This document shows positions 12,858-28,194 of a DNA stretch of 64,000 nt, piece after piece. The stretch lies in assembly GCF_009914755.1 (NCBI RefSeq), contig NC_060934.1. The stretch is one strand, 5' to 3'. The number at the start of each line of letters is the position of its first letter. Positions within the stretch are counted from its first letter, which is position 1. This stretch comes from the human T2T-CHM13v2.0 reference genome, Homo sapiens. The notes under the pieces were generated by a model that saw only the letters and a program-made list of their open reading frames with translations, had not been told where the DNA came from and ran no database searches. A program made the translations under genes and the position numbers.

Positions 12858-13854
12858 CTGTTTTATTAAAATGTGGAATTCACGTTTGTTTTCAGCCAAG
12901 CAAGGTTTGGTGATTCTGCAGCTGTCACCCTCAGCATCTCTGTAGGACAGCCTCTTGCCCCTCTTCACCCAGGTCTGCAGGAGGGTGGCAGCGTGGCTTG
13001 GGAAGGCTGGGTGGCAGGAGCTCAGAGGGGGTGCAGTGTTCCCACCACACAGCGGCGGCTCAACTGCCCAGGCTGTGGGGTTTCCAGCTGTGTCGTGTTG
13101 ACTTGAACCGACTCAGCAGGCGGTGCCCTCCTGGAGCACCTGAAGCCTCCAGAGAAATATGATGGAAAACCAAGAGGCCTCCACCTCCCTGACTTGCTGC
13201 GACCTCCTGGGCTTTGCAGCCAGGCTGCTTTCGTGGATGCAGTCCTCGAAGCTAGTTTGGAAGACATTTATTTTTAAATATACAGGAAGCCAAATACGTT
13301 GAGAGAAAAGCCGCCTAATGCATTCCTCTGTTCATCTCCAAAGTCATAGCTGGTTTTCTAGACCCGATTTTCATCAGACTTTCCAAAGACAGAAAGAGTC
13401 TCCTCTACATAGGGCTTCCTTCTTTGCCTTCATCTGTAATGCGAGCCTTGCCCTAGGTTGCCTCTCTCTCTCCTTGCTCCGCCTGCTTCGGAATTCTCCT
13501 GTCATTTCAACAGTGGTACCAAGCTTTTTGTTGTTAGGAAATCACAAATTCTGAAACACACTCAACTGAGCAGATTTAAAAATAACCTAGGCTTCTCTAC
13601 TATTTGGGTAAGGCCACTTGCTTGTTTGGGGTTGCTAATGGGAATAAGAGACTATGTGTGATTACCTCTAGAGCCTGCTTGTTTGCTCTGAGGAAAGTTT
13701 TATTGAAGAGCCACAGGCTGCGTTCCAGAACACTGGCCAAACACTTTGTACATGTGTGCTGTTGGGTCCTAGCACCGTCCACTCCACTCCTGGGAAAGGA
13801 ATATGCCCTGGGGACGGAGATCTCCTTGCAGAATGCCTGTGTGGGCTGCAACTA

Positions 13855-14098
13855 ATAAGGTTTTTTAGGAGTGGTTATGGCCCCCTGTTGGGTTCCTAAT
13901 AAAAGCCCGTTGTCATTTTTAGCTTCTGGAAATCCACAGGTCCCTAATTTTGTAAAAGGTGCTTTCCATGCCTTGCAGTCTGTTCTCCCAGGGAAATTTA
14001 ATCTGAATACTATGTTGCAGGGTGGTGGTTGGGGGGTAATTGCTAATACATTGTGGGCCCAGAATAGACTGGTCACATTGTATTTCTCCCTTTTCACC
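13855..14098 (-). pseudogene. Possible exon (frame unresolved: GEKGEIQCDQSILGP.. or VKREKYNVTSLFWAH..)
   Basis: Acceptor ttctgatttgttag|; two long open frames; donor uncertain. Confidence 0.3.
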
Positions 14099-14349
14099 CT
14101 AACAAATCAGAAACCGGATGATACTGTTTGTATTCGGAGTCTGAGAGTCTCAGCCTCGCCTTATCCTTCACCAGCCCGGACAGCAGCTAGGACTGAAGGT
14201 GCACGTGCCCATGTTTTCCTCCCAGCCACCCGGTTCCCCGCTCTGTCCCTCACTGATCTGTGCATAAACTGGGCAGGTCTACTTAGATCTGCTTTATACA
14301 GCAGGCTTTTATATAAGCGTTCATTTGAAAACCAAGAGATGTATAAAGG

Positions 14350-14637
<288 letters not shown>

Positions 14638-15009
14638 ATGCCTGGAGCATAAATGCCTGTAGATATTGAAAAGGGAAAGGAATGTGAAGGAAGTACCCCA
14701 GAGGCTTGTGCAGCCTCACCTGGGCACTCAGAAGAGGCCTCTCAGGCAGGGAATGGACAAGGTGCACGAGCCAGCTCACATCCGTGGTTCCTCCTCGGGT
14801 TCATGGGAGCTCACCCATAAGGCATAGATTGGTTCATGATGGAGATCAGGAGTATTGTCTTGGTGCCAAGTACCTTGGTGTCTGGCTGCTGTTTCGTACC
14901 ATGTGGCCTCCAAGGCTGGTTGGGCTCTAGGACTCAGATGATCTGTGTGGTGCTGATGCTGAGGCTTCTTTTTCTCCAGAGCCACCTACATTTAAAGTCG
15001 GAGAGGCTG

Positions 15010-15215
15010 ATAACTACAACTGCCATTTATGACCTGCTGAGCAGTGTGCTACACAACTTCTAGCATCATTGCCTTGAGTTCTCGTAGCAACCTTCTGATA
15101 AAGAGAGTCTATTCTTTAACAGATGAGAAAAGCTATATGAGCTGGTGAACTAGGGTGATTTGACCAGATTCACACAGCCAGAGACTAGCAAGTCAGAACC
15201 CAGTCTCCTGGGTCT
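15010..15215 (-). mobile_element. MIR
   Basis: acagatgagaaa..tgatttgaccagattcacacagc core. Confidence 0.7.
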
Positions 15216-15218
15216 TAG

Positions 15219-15590
15219 TGTCTTAATCGGTTTGGGCTGTTATAACAAAATACCTGAGACAGGTGGCTTAAACAACAGACAGTTGTTTCTCCCACTTCTG
15301 AAACTGGAAATCTGAGAACAGGGTACCAGTGTGGTGGGTTTTGGGTGAGGACTCTGCTCCTGGCTTGGGGATGGCTGCTTTCCCACTGTGTTCTCACGGG
15401 GCGCAGAGAGAGGAAGCAAAGCCTCCTGCGGTTCCTCTAGAATCCCATCTCAAGGCTGCCATTCTCCTGACCTCATCTAAACCTTCCCCCTACCAAAGCC
15501 TGAACCTCCTAATACATCACCTCAGGAGTTAGGGCTTCGGCATATGCCTTTGGCCCACGGGGGTTGGGGACAAACATTTAGTCCATAGCA
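15219..15590 (-). mobile_element. MaLR solo LTR (MLT1A/MST-like)
   Basis: tgtcttaatcggtttgggctg..agtccatagca; flanks cttag/cttgg. Confidence 0.85.
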
Positions 15591-15824
15591 CTTGGATTTG
15601 CAATCCATGCCTTAACCGTAGACATTCACAGCTTTCTCGGCATAGAAAATCTCAATATGATCTGACAAACACCATCATGAGGCCAGCATAGCTTCCCCAT
15701 GCGAGAGGACGGAGGTAGGCAGGTGAGCTGTAACTGCCCAAACAAGGCCTCACCTTTTGGTTAACGTGTTGATGGTATTCACTTTCCCTCGAGCCTCACA
15801 CTTGAGGTTCAAGAGCTTGTTCTC

Positions 15825-16128
15825 AGCCTGGTGAGGTAGCTCATGCCTGTAATCCTAGCACTTGGGGAGGTCAAGGTGGGAGGATCACTTGAGGTCAGGA
15901 GTTTGCAACCTGCCTATGGGCCACATAGCAAGACCCCGTCTCCACAAAATTAAAAATTTTAAAAAGTTAGCTAGGTACAGTGGTGCTCACCTGTGACCCC
16001 TGCTGCTGGGGAGGTTGAGGTGGGAGGATCTCTTGCCCCCAGGAGGTCAAGGCTGCAGTGAGCTATGATGGCACCACTGTACTCCAGCCTGGGTGACAGA
16101 GTGAGACTGCATCTAAAAAATAAAAAAA
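15825..16128 (+). mobile_element. Alu (AluJ-like)
   Basis: Alu consensus. Confidence 0.9.
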
Positions 16129-16649
16129 GTTTGTTCTCTTCCTCTCGACCTAAATACTTTCTTCTTTTCAAAAACCAAGAAGACTTTCCCCTTCGCCCTC
16201 TCAGTGATGCCCCGATATGTCCCTTCTGTTGGGTGTTCCCAGGCGCTGCGCTGCTTCTGCCCTCCCTGTCTCAGGCTGGTCTGGGCTCTGCCTCCAACCT
16301 TTCCTCCCTCCAGCCATGCTCTCCCTTCTCCGGTGCTCAAGACTTCTGCACACAATGACCCGGTCAGTCTTAAAATGCTGCTTCAAAAATGTCACTTAGC
16401 GAAAGTCTTCCCACTCATCTTAGTCTATTCCAATCTCATTGACTCTTTCACCTATCATTTTATTCAACAAATGTCTAAGAACACATTTAGGCGCCGGTGT
16501 TTCATTGCCAAGCAACATGAGCTTGTGTCTGCCTGAACACATCATTTTAGTTGAACATGCAAAGTCATTTTCAATACAAGAGCAAAATATGATCTCTCTA
16601 AGAGACAAAGAATCAGAAAGTACTTAGGCACATGCACGTTTCTGCCCTC

Positions 16650-16790
16650 ATTCATTCTCCAACCAAACAGCAGTTAGTGAGCACCTACTGTGTGCAGAGC
16701 AATATGTTCTATGCACCAGGATTACAACATGAGTAAACAAACAAAATCTCCGCTCTCTTGAGTTTGGATTTTAGTGCGGAGCTGAAGGGA
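16650..16790 (-). mobile_element. L2 3' end
   Basis: cattcatt..tgagcacctactgtgtgc motif. Confidence 0.7.
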
Positions 16791-17191
16791 AGAAACCATT
16801 TCAGTTTAATGTATATGCGAGCTATATAGGAGATCCCTTATGTAGAGTAATTTTAAAATAAGTAACAATAACAGAGAAGTCATTTCTAGTAGCTCTTGAC
16901 TAACAAGCAGTCTTTTGAAATTGTGTGTGTGTGTGAAGTCTTAAAGATTTTAGCCCCTATTTGTTTATTTATTTATTTATTTATTGCTATTTTTAGTTGT
17001 TTGAATGCAAAGCAAAGGTGTGGAGTGCATGGGAACACATTTTAGGGGTGCTGCAGCTGGAAGTCAGCCTCTGAGGGTCTCCTGCAAGGCTCATGCTTGG
17101 ACGTGAGCAGTGGCCTCCGAGGGCCTGGACCTTACACAGCCTGAGTGATACCGGCCCAGCTCTTGCCAAGCTTCCTCTAGACAATACAGCC

Positions 17192-17582
17192 TGCTATGGA
17201 CTGAATCACGTCCCCTCAAATCCAAATATTGAAGTCCTAACCCCAAATGTGACTGTATTTGGAGATAGGGCATTTAAGGAGGTCATTCAGGTTAAATGAT
17301 GTCATAAGGTCGGGCCCCTAATCCAATAGGACGGGTGTCCTTACAAGAACAGGAAGAAGACCAGAGATCGCTTTCTCTCCCATGCCCACAAAGGGAAGGC
17401 CATGTGAGGACACTGAGAAGGTGGCCCTTTGAACCCGAGGGGAGAGGCCTTGTCAGACATCAACCCTGCTGGCACCTCAATCTTGGACTTTCCGTCTCCA
17501 GAGCTGAGAGGAAATGCATTTTTCTTTTTGTTGAAGCACCCAGGCTGCGGTGTTCTGTTTCAGCAGCCTGAGCTGCTGAAGA
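17192..17582 (+). mobile_element. MaLR solo LTR (MLT1A-like)
   Basis: tgctatggactgaat..aatgtgactgtatttggagatagg. Confidence 0.85.
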
Positions 17583-17599
17583 AGGGGCCGTTTCAAGTA

Positions 17600-17795
17600 C
17601 CTGATCCACCTGCCTTGGCCTCCCAAAGCGCGGAGGTTTCAGGGATGTGCCGCCATGCCCAGCCTATTTTCTTTTATTTTTTGTAGAGACAGGGACTCAC
17701 TATGTTGCCCCTGCTGGTCTTGAACTTCAGGGCTCAAGCAATCTTCCCACCTTGGTCTCCCAAATTGCCAGGTGTGAGCCACCATGCCCAGCCAG
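17600..17795 (-). mobile_element. Two tandem Alu left-arm/FLAM-like fragments
   Basis: Repeated ..ccttggcctcccaaa..ccatgcccagcc. Confidence 0.75.
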
Positions 17796-17864
17796 GCAAG
17801 GTTCTTAACGTCTACGAGCCACAGTTTCCTTATTTGTAAATATAAGGTTGCACTTTGTTAGATT

Positions 17865-18213
17865 ACTACGTGATCTGAAGGTATGTTTCTCTCCAAAATT
17901 CATATTTTGGAAGCTAATGCCCATGAAGATTAAGAGTGGGGTTTTTGGGAAGTGATGAAGCCGTGAAGGTGAAGTGCCCATGAATGGGGTTAGTGGCCCG
18001 ACAAAAGGGCTTGAGGGAGGGTGTTTGCCTCTCCCACCACAAGAAGATACAGAGAAGGCACCATCTATGAGAAACAGGACCTGACCTGCTCAAAAATCTG
18101 CTGCCTCTTTGATCTGTCCAGCCTCCAGGACTGTGAGCAATGCATTTCTGTTGTTCATAAATTGCCTAATCGTCTGAAGTACTTTGTTATAGAAGCCCCA
18201 ATAGATGAAGACA
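17865..18213 (+). mobile_element. MaLR solo LTR (MST/MLT1A0-like)
   Basis: ccaaaattcata..cagcctccaggactgtgag..tttgttatag. Confidence 0.8.
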
Positions 18214-18269
18214 CTCCAAGAATAGCCCTGCTCAACTCTCATTTGCTGTGTATTTCTTGTCTACATTGA

Positions 18270-18625
18270 ATCTGGACTTGGCCAGTGGGACTTTGGAGCA
18301 CATGATGCAAACACAGCGCAGCCAGCAGGATGCAAGCATTGTTCAAGGGAGGGAGCACAAGACCCCAGAGCTTGGCCGCTTGGGACACAGCTGTGAGCCT
18401 CCATTCTGCAAAGAAGCTTGGAGAGAAAGGCCTTGCAAAGAAGAGGAACAGCATCCGCTATGCCCGATGCACTCAGTGTGCAGGTGAGCCCTTCGTCCTG
18501 CCAGCCAGCACACTGACTGCAGCTGCAGTGTGAGCCCAGGCTTCACACACAGGTCTAAGCAGAAAACTCACAGGTGTGTGGAAAATAACCAGGCATTGTT
18601 GGTTTAAGCTGCTAACGTTGGGGCA
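18270..18625 (+). mobile_element. Old MaLR LTR (MLT1H-J-like)
   Basis: Degenerate 3' end ttgttggtttaagctgctaa..tgggg. Confidence 0.5.
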
Positions 18626-18832
18626 TGCCATGTTGGCCAGGCTGATCTCCAACTCCTGCCCACCCGGGCCATCCTAACTAGGCTGGCCAAAGAAGCCCAC
18701 CGCCAGTCATATCATACTGCCATTCAGCGAAAGTCCCCTTCAATGCCCCTCGGTGATGTGTCTCTTCTCCAGCAACTACGACAGCCAGGCAGGGAGCTGA
18801 GCACTTCACAGACATTATCTAATTTTATTTAA

Positions 18833-19188
<356 letters not shown>

Positions 19189-19549
19189 TGACATTATTTA
19201 ATTTAATCCTTCTGCTAAAGTAAGAGTTATCCTCATTTTCACTCAATCCCATTATCTCATTTGTTTTTCCTAATTTAACCCAATTTTCACACTAAGGTCA
19301 ATATTATCCGTCTCATTTTACCGAAGCTCCAAGAGGCTTAGAAGCCCATTTAGTGCTCTATTAAACATAGCAGAGCCTGGATTTGAACTCAGTTTTGTTG
19401 AATGCCAAAAGTATTTGGGCTGTAAAGTTGCAGAGATGAAGACAGCCTTTAAAGCAACTCTTAGTCTTATTCCTCCTGTTCTTTAAGACGTTTCAAAACA
19501 TCTTATAGTTCAGAGAGCAAGAACAAAACTTCCTTCACAAAATTCTCAC

Positions 19550-19629
19550 CAATTTTGCCAAGAATTTATAGTAGAAATAATACTGAATTCATTAAAAATA
19601 ATTGCACGTATTGGAGTGTTTTTAAGGCA
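19550..19629 (-). pseudogene. Candidate 80-nt exon (CLKNTPIRAIIFNEFSIISTINSWQN in phase 0)
   Basis: Acceptor atgcattttag|, donor TG|gtgaga; frame not anchored. Confidence 0.4.
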
Positions 19630-19707
19630 CTAAAATGCATACATTTGTATTTGGCCTTTCCAGAAGCTACTTAAGATAAATACCTGCTTTTATGTTTTTC
19701 AAAAGTT

Positions 19708-20332
<625 letters not shown>

Positions 20333-20502
20333 TTCTGGCTCTCTTGCTCTTAGGTTAAGAAGCATTTCCAAATGGTCATTAGAAATGATTGTTTTCCTGT
20401 GTTGAGGTTTCACTGAGTGCAGAGAAGAGGAAAGACATGTTAAGCCGATAACACATCACTATGCTTGTCACATTACACACAGATAAGAGCAAAGTTTTAT
20501 AC

Positions 20503-20624
20503 ATTAATTCAAGTGGCTATTTTTCACAATTTTCCACTGCTGTATGTCATGGTAAAACAAACTATTTAGGTTAAAATCTTGTTTTGATCCTAGCTGTCTG
20601 AACTCTGTCCTACCACTTCATTTC
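20503..20624 (-). pseudogene. Possible exon: K*SGRTEFRQLGSKQDFNLNSLFYHDIQQWKIVKNSHLN*
   Basis: Phase-compatible with the 20721-21012 exon; splice sites degraded. Confidence 0.3.
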
Positions 20625-20720
20625 CATGGGCAAATAAGAACCACAGAGTATTTTCTGCTTTCATTGGAGGACTCAAAACTGTCATCCAAAAAATTAGTAA
20701 TACAGTAAATAATACAATAC

Positions 20721-21012
20721 CAGTTACAATGGATTGAAGTCATGGCATAGTTCATTCTGCCAAAGGTTAAATTTATATTATAGGCCGCATGATATCTTTT
20801 GCCTAAATCTTCGAACACGTTGAGAAGATTCCAGAATATTTGACTCGTAGGTCAAGGGTGGGTCCCTTGCTCAAAACAGTTTGGAGACTCCTTTTGGGTG
20901 CCCCTCAGAGTCCTCCCAGCCTGTGGGTCTGTGCTATGATCACCTCCGTCTGAGGCACTCTCTTTGGCTCATTCGTACTGGGAGCTGGTGATTAATCTGG
21001 GGAATGTTGATT
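20721..21012 (-). pseudogene. Decayed exon: STFPRLITSSQYE*AKES..GTHP*PTSQIFWNLLNVFEDLGKRYHAAYNINLTFGRMNYAMTSIHCN
   Basis: Strong acceptor gttgttgtttttatcag|, donor TG|gtattg; phase 1 to 2; only two stops, both TGA. Confidence 0.5.
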
Positions 21013-21224
21013 CTGATAAAAACAACAACATAGAAGTGTGATTCTAAAGTCATGCGCCTGACTATCTTGTGTAATGAATTCAATCTGAAAACATTTCCAA
21101 AAGAGGAATTTCCTGATTCCTTTTCAGTACATTTTTTAATTTTTAAACTGTGTGACTGTATTACTCAGCCAGTTAAAAAATTAACGTAAAACCAAAACAA
21201 GTACATTTTTTGGATTATATATAA

Positions 21225-21225
21225 A

Positions 21226-21282
<57 letters not shown>
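21225..21282. repeat. (CT)n(CA)n microsatellite
   Basis: Direct reading. Confidence 0.95.
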
Positions 21283-21284
<2 letters not shown>

Positions 21285-21321
21285 TGACTTTACATGATTG
21301 CAGGGGAAATACAATGCATAA

Positions 21322-21636
<315 letters not shown>

Positions 21637-22441
21637 CTTGTTATTATTTTTGACAACACTCTGCGACTTCGTTGTCCCTGGCCTGGCAACCCATTCAGGA
21701 TATGCCCATCTCTGCTGGTGAACATGAACTCTCACTGCATGGAAACTGGACTGAGTCCCCGCTGTCCTGAGCACTTTGCACCACAGTGCGAGTCAGCGAT
21801 CACACTCTGTTCCTGACAGTTGTGTCTCCGTCGTCACCGTCGTCACAGGCGTCCGGGCCCTTACAACGAGTCCAGCGGTTTCTTCCTGCTGCCTCAGCTG
21901 ATCTCCCCCACTGGCCACATTCCATCTGGGCATGGTGACAGCATGTCCCCTGGGGCCAATGCGACCACAGCCTCATGAGCTGCCCTCAGCGCTCCTGGGG
22001 GTTCCTGCTGCGGCATTCTTCTGTCACCATTATCCGCATCATTTCCAGTAGAGGATTTCCAGTGTTTTCCTTGCTCTTTCCACAATATCTCACTCAACAC
22101 TGCTGGCCATTGGAGGCTGCTGTCTGCCTTGCTCATAGGAGAACCCCAGGAGTAATTCTGCACCCTTTTGTCACTTCTGAGGGGCATCAGCAAATGGCCA
22201 TCAGGTGACCCTAACTTCAAGGGCCCAGAGTCCCTCCAGCCTGGCAGGTTGTACGCAGGCAGCTCTGGTGCTAGCATCCCTGGATATCACTCATTGCCAC
22301 CTCAAGGGACTGGGTCTTTATTTTTTTACTTTTTAAAAAATACAATGTTAATACAATTTGTCACTATTCTCTAAGGAGCACTTATTACATTGGGATTTTA
22401 GTATGTTTTACAAATTTATTTGTTACAATGGCATGCAATAC

Positions 22442-22607
22442 CTTGGTTTTAAAACCTTATTTCCTAGGTCTTTTGAGAGCCAGCTATAACCTGAGATTAT
22501 TTTCATAATGGACTCCTTCTATAATGTACTTCTTAAAAGCTCAATGGTACTTATCACTTCATTTTGCACATCGAATGACATTTTAGCTCAGTATTAATAA
22601 CCCAACA
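22442..22607 (-). pseudogene. Possible exon: ..AKMSFDVQNEVISTIELLRSTL*KESIMKIISGYSWLSKDLGNKVLKP
   Basis: Donor AAG|gtattg; acceptor degraded. Confidence 0.3.
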
Positions 22608-22792
22608 TTATAATAAAAATAATAATAGTAAGGATTTAAAAATCCATTACAAATCTCCTTAAACCCAGGTGAACTCATTAACTCTTAGATAAAAGAAATT
22701 GAAATAAAAAAACCCAGAAGTACTTTATTTTGTTTTACCTAATATAATGATTTTGAAAGAGTGAGAAGTAGAAGACAGTTCTCTCTACTTCA

Positions 22793-23121
<329 letters not shown>

Positions 23122-23166
23122 GTAGTGTTCAGTTTGCTAGACTTGCCAGTTAAAATAGGCTGTTAG

Positions 23167-23590
<424 letters not shown>

Positions 23591-23707
23591 TGAAGAGAAA
23601 CAAGAAAATGGGATCATCAAGTCAAAATCATGCAAACAAAATCACACACACACGAGTTGGGCTTTTCAAACAATTACAGCCTGTTAAAATCCATGTAAAT
23701 GTAGGCA

Positions 23708-24009
23708 GGCTGGGCATGGTGGCTCACACCTGTAACCCCAGCATTTTGGAAGGCCAAAGTGGGGGAATCCCTTGAGCCTAGGGGTTCTGAAAACAGAGCC
23801 AGAACGTGTCTCTGCAAATAAATTTGAAAATTAGCCAGATATGGTGGCATGCACCTGTGGTCCCCACTCCTCAGAAGGCTGAGACAGGAGGTTCCTTTTA
23901 CCTAAGGATGTTGAGGCTGCAGTGAGCTATGATTGCCACTGCACTCCAGCCCGGGTGAGAGAGTGAGATCCTGTCTCAAAAAATAAAATAAAAATAAAAA
24001 TAAATAAAA
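23708..24009 (+). mobile_element. Alu (AluJ-like)
   Basis: Alu consensus, internal deletion. Confidence 0.9.
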
Positions 24010-24102
24010 TGTTGGCATATTGGTCAGTGAGGCCTTTGTAAGTGCAAGTGGAGCCATTTGCAGGATTTGGGGGCATCCTCTAGGCACACAGACGTCATTA
24101 GG

Positions 24103-24533
24103 TGTTATGGGTTGAATTGGGTCAAATTCATATGTTGATGCCCTAAACCTCAGTACCTAAGGATGAGACCTCATTTGGAGACTGGGTCTTTACAGATGTG
24201 ATTGATGTAGGATGAGGTCCTCCAGTGCCCCAATGCAGCATGACTGATAGCCCTATGGAAATGGCGATTAGGACACAGGCACACGCCCAGGTGAACATGA
24301 AGACAGAGATCGGGATGATGTTTCTACACACCAAGGAAGGAAAACTGAGGACCAGCAACCGCCAGAAGTGAAGAGAGGCCTGGAACAGGTTCTTCCTCAT
24401 GGCCTCAGGAGGAAACAACCCGACGACAACTTTGTCTGGGACTTCCAGCCTCCAGAACTTGAGACAGTCCATTTCTGTTATTGTGACACCCTGTCTGTGG
24501 CACTTTGTTATGGCAGCGTAGGAAATGAATCCA
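24103..24533 (+). mobile_element. MaLR solo LTR (MLT1B/C-like)
   Basis: tgttatgggttgaattg..gacttccagcctccagaact..tttgttatggcagc. Confidence 0.85.
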
Positions 24534-24706
24534 CTAGCCATACAGTGACTCCAAACCACTAAGAAACAACCCAGTCCCCGCAAGAACTTCCAGGGACATG
24601 TATAGTGTGTGATGCCCATGATGTCTGCAGTGATAACAGAAGGCAAATCGTCAGCGGAAGGCCACAGGAATAACTCAAACAGTAAGTCATCTCAGGATGC
24701 AGATCA

Positions 24707-25117
<411 letters not shown>

Positions 25118-25467
25118 TTCCAGGAGGATGTACATCTACTACTCTACTATATATCCTACTTGAAATAACAGAAAAGCAAAATGCAAAATTTTATTTTGTG
25201 ACCTCCATAGAACTCTAAAAGGAGTATAAAAATGTATAAGCAGCTTGTATAAAATACTCATGATCATGGGAAACTGCTTCTTGCATAGTTGTGACTTCAG
25301 TATTTCAAATTATTAAAGAATATTCAATTTTATTCATAAAGATGAAAACAGTTTATTACCATTTATAGAATTTAACACACATATTTTCAACATTCAATCA
25401 CAAGTAGTGTAAGTCAATTGTATTTAATAGCTAATTGACTTAGATTTCCTTTAAATATAGCTTTTAC

Positions 25468-25652
25468 CTCCTTTTGAGAGCTTTCCTTGTTAACTAATTT
25501 TCTGTCGGTTGGCATAACCACTTGCTCATGTATGCTACAGCATATTAGAGTCAATATCATTCTTTCAACCATTCATTCAAGTCTAATTTTACTGTGCAGA
25601 GCATAGCATTACCGTAAGCTTATTTTCCACAGAGGAAATTCCCAATATGTAA
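25468..25652 (-). pseudogene. Decayed exon: LHIGNFLCGK*AYGNAMLCTVKLDLNEWLKE*Y*L*YAVAYMSKWLCQPTEN*LTRKALKR
   Basis: Acceptor cttttatattttaag|, donor AG|gtaaaa; phase 0 to 2. Confidence 0.5.
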
Positions 25653-25780
25653 CTTAAAATATAAAAGTTGGTGTGATGAGGCCATAGTGTACAACCACAG
25701 TGGAAATTTGACTCATCCTGAGACTTTTTGAAGTTGCAATGTGCAACTAGAAATAATTAATGATCTCTAATACTTCTCAC

Positions 25781-25893
25781 GGTTTCTATTTGGATGTTCT
25801 ACAATTGTGAAGGATACTATGAATAATTCACCATTCCTTTAACCTCTTGGTCTGCTGTAACCAAATGATTCCTGGGATGGCAGTTTTGCTGGT
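25781..25893 (-). pseudogene. Candidate exon: QQNCHPRNHLVTADQEVKGM..
   Basis: Acceptor ttattctgtag|; donors after 25832 (gtgaat) or 25781 (gtgaga), both phase 0. Confidence 0.4.
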
Positions 25894-26283
25894 CTACAGA
25901 ATAATTATGAAATAATAATATTTCACCCATCTCTCTCTCTCTGTACCAAAAAAGAATATAAGAGCTTTATCTAGGTTGTGTGCTTATAAGGATACCAGTT
26001 TTTTACTTTCACATATTGAATTAACAATTACCAGTGAGTAGTTCTAATATGTTATTATAGTAGTGAAAATATAGATAGAGAACTCTATGTTAAATTTAAA
26101 AATGATCATTTCAGTGATTAGCTAGAGATCTGATAAAGTGGATCTTTAAGTTAATAAACCTGATATACTACAAGCCGTATGAGACATCCTGCTTAGCAGA
26201 CTCTGGCAAACTGTTACTGGTTTAACATTGTTTTCTCCCAGGACATTCACCTTTTTGGTAATTTACACTTAAGCTATTCCCAC

Positions 26284-26501
26284 TTGTCTGCAGTTCAGCA
26301 GAAACATACGTCTTGGCACAAATGAAAGAGTGACACCATCTCTCACAAGGACCACACTGTTGCTCATCATGTTTCCCAGAAATATGTGACATATGTTGGA
26401 GACCAAATAGAAGCAGTTCCTCAACACTTGTTTCAGGTTGTCAGAGAACTCGACCAGCAGCAAAGACAGCAAGTATTCCAGACCACCATGCAAATAATGT
26501 T
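26284..26501 (-). pseudogene. Exon: TLFAWWSGILAVFAAGRVL*QPETSVEELLLFGLQHMSHISGKHDEQQCGPCERWCHSFICAKTYVSAELQT (alternative open frame HYLHGGLEYLL..)
   Basis: Acceptor cgacttcttttcag|, donor |gtggga; the first frame ends in phase 1 and chains to 25893. Confidence 0.55.
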
Positions 26502-26647
26502 CTGAAAAGAAGTCGTATTAGTCTGGTTCAAGAACAGTTTTAGCTGGTTATAGCTAACTGCCACTTCACACTTGGTGATCACTGCATAGACATATCTGAA
26601 AGGTGGAAGCACTGCTGTAGTAGCCCTTAAATACAGTTATTTTATGG

Positions 26648-26947
26648 GTTTTGTTGTTTTTGTTTTTGAGACAGGGTCTCACTTTGTCTCCCAGGCTGGA
26701 TTGCAGCTGTGTGATCTGGGCTCACTGCAGCCTCCACCTCCCCAGCTCAAGTGATCCTCCTGCCTTAGTCCCAAGCAGCTGGGATTACAGGCTCGTGCCG
26801 CCACACCTGGCTAATTTTTGTGTTTTTTACAGAGATATGGTTTTGCCATGTTGCCCAGGCTAGTTTTGAACTCCTGAGCTCAAGTGATCCACCCGCCTCA
26901 GCCTCCTAAAGTCCTAGGATTGCAGGCATGAGCCATCACGCCAGGCC
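26648..26947 (-). mobile_element. Alu (AluJ-like)
   Basis: Antisense Alu. Confidence 0.9.
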
Positions 26948-27388
26948 GTTTTATGTTTTATTTTTGTAAAATATTCTTGTTGTAAATTGGTGACATAATT
27001 AGTCTTAGTCCATCTAAATGCTAAGTGTCAGTTTCAACTCTAATCTAAATGATGGTCTGCAGCAGAGGTTTCCAAATATTTTGAGGATACACACCTCATC
27101 AGTAAAAAGGTTTTGATCATGAACATATAAAGACATTAACATTTGCTGATGTGTAAGACCAGCCCCTTCCTGCTGGGTGGCTTCCATGAGCAATTAGACA
27201 GTGATAGGAACAAACAATATAGAGACAGGTAAGTCTTCTGTTATATTTTGAGCATTATAAAGGATACACAGAAACATACACGTAATAAATGAATCAGATA
27301 AAAATAAATGTGCATAGAAGCTCTAATGTTCTTTTACTTGTATTGCAATATATCATTCTGTACAGAACCTTGGGTGTGTGCACCTCAC

Positions 27389-27621
27389 CTGTGGGACCCC
27401 TGAGCCCATCTGTGAGACCTGAGGTGCTGTCACAAGTGCTCAGGGAAGGAGTGAAGTTGTTTTTCCACTGTGATGACTCTGGCTACATGAGAACGTTTTC
27501 TTTATGACTGAAGTAGAGTCACATTGGATAGCAGTAACTTTGATATCTTCATCAGAATGAGTCATTTTAATGTGTATTGCCTTGTAATCATAAAAGTTGA
27601 AGTATTACTTTTTTTTTTTAA
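27389..27621 (-). pseudogene. Decayed exon: KKKK*YFNFYDYKAIHIKMTHSDEDIKVTAIQCDSTSVIKKTFSC..
   Basis: Acceptor ctgtgctctag|, strong donor CAG|gtgagg; phase 1 to 0 as read, which does not directly chain to the next exon. Confidence 0.5.
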
Positions 27622-27944
27622 CTAGAGCACAGTTACAAGTAGATGTTTGCCATCATCATAACAAGAGGAAGTCATGGATTTTATTTTAAGGCACATAAAC
27701 TGAGATCATGGGCACATGATCAAGTATCAATCTTCTATGTTGGGAGAAGACAGGGCCTAAGGTTTATGCATTACATAACATGTGCCAGGCACAATTCTAG
27801 ATGGTTTGGATATGTTAAAAGAAATCATGGCTCTAAATTCCGGTACACAATGTTTAGTAGATAATAAATGCTATTATGTTTCTGATTTCATCATCAAAAT
27901 TATCCAGACAGCTAGGTATGACTACACTAGTCATCCAAAATCAC

Positions 27945-28130
27945 CTGAAAATCAGAGAGCTTCAGTGACTTTGGGTGTGGTCACTTCTTAGTAAGAGGCA
28001 GAATAGACACTTCTGATTCCATCGCTCATGTTCAGGGTTTTAATTTTTTTTCTTTTTTTGCTCCTTTCACTGTATAATTGCTCATGTGAGATGTTCCAGA
28101 GTGAATAGGCTGCCCTTTGGATATTGTCAC
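27945..28130 (-). pseudogene. Decayed exon: DNIQRAAYSLWNISHEQLYSERSKKRKKIKTLNMSDGIRSVYSASY*EVTTPKVTEAL*FS
   Basis: Pyrimidine tract with AG apparently mutated to AT; donor CAG|gtgatt; phase 1 to 1 fits both neighbours. Confidence 0.5.
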
Positions 28131-28194
28131 ATATAAAGACAATAAGAGTAAATAGTTGCTTATTTGAAGACATCCATAGAATGGCTCATGTGTC

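Noticed and set aside
24143-24646. 167-aa ORF, the longest in the track
   Set aside because: Lies antisense within an MLT1 LTR
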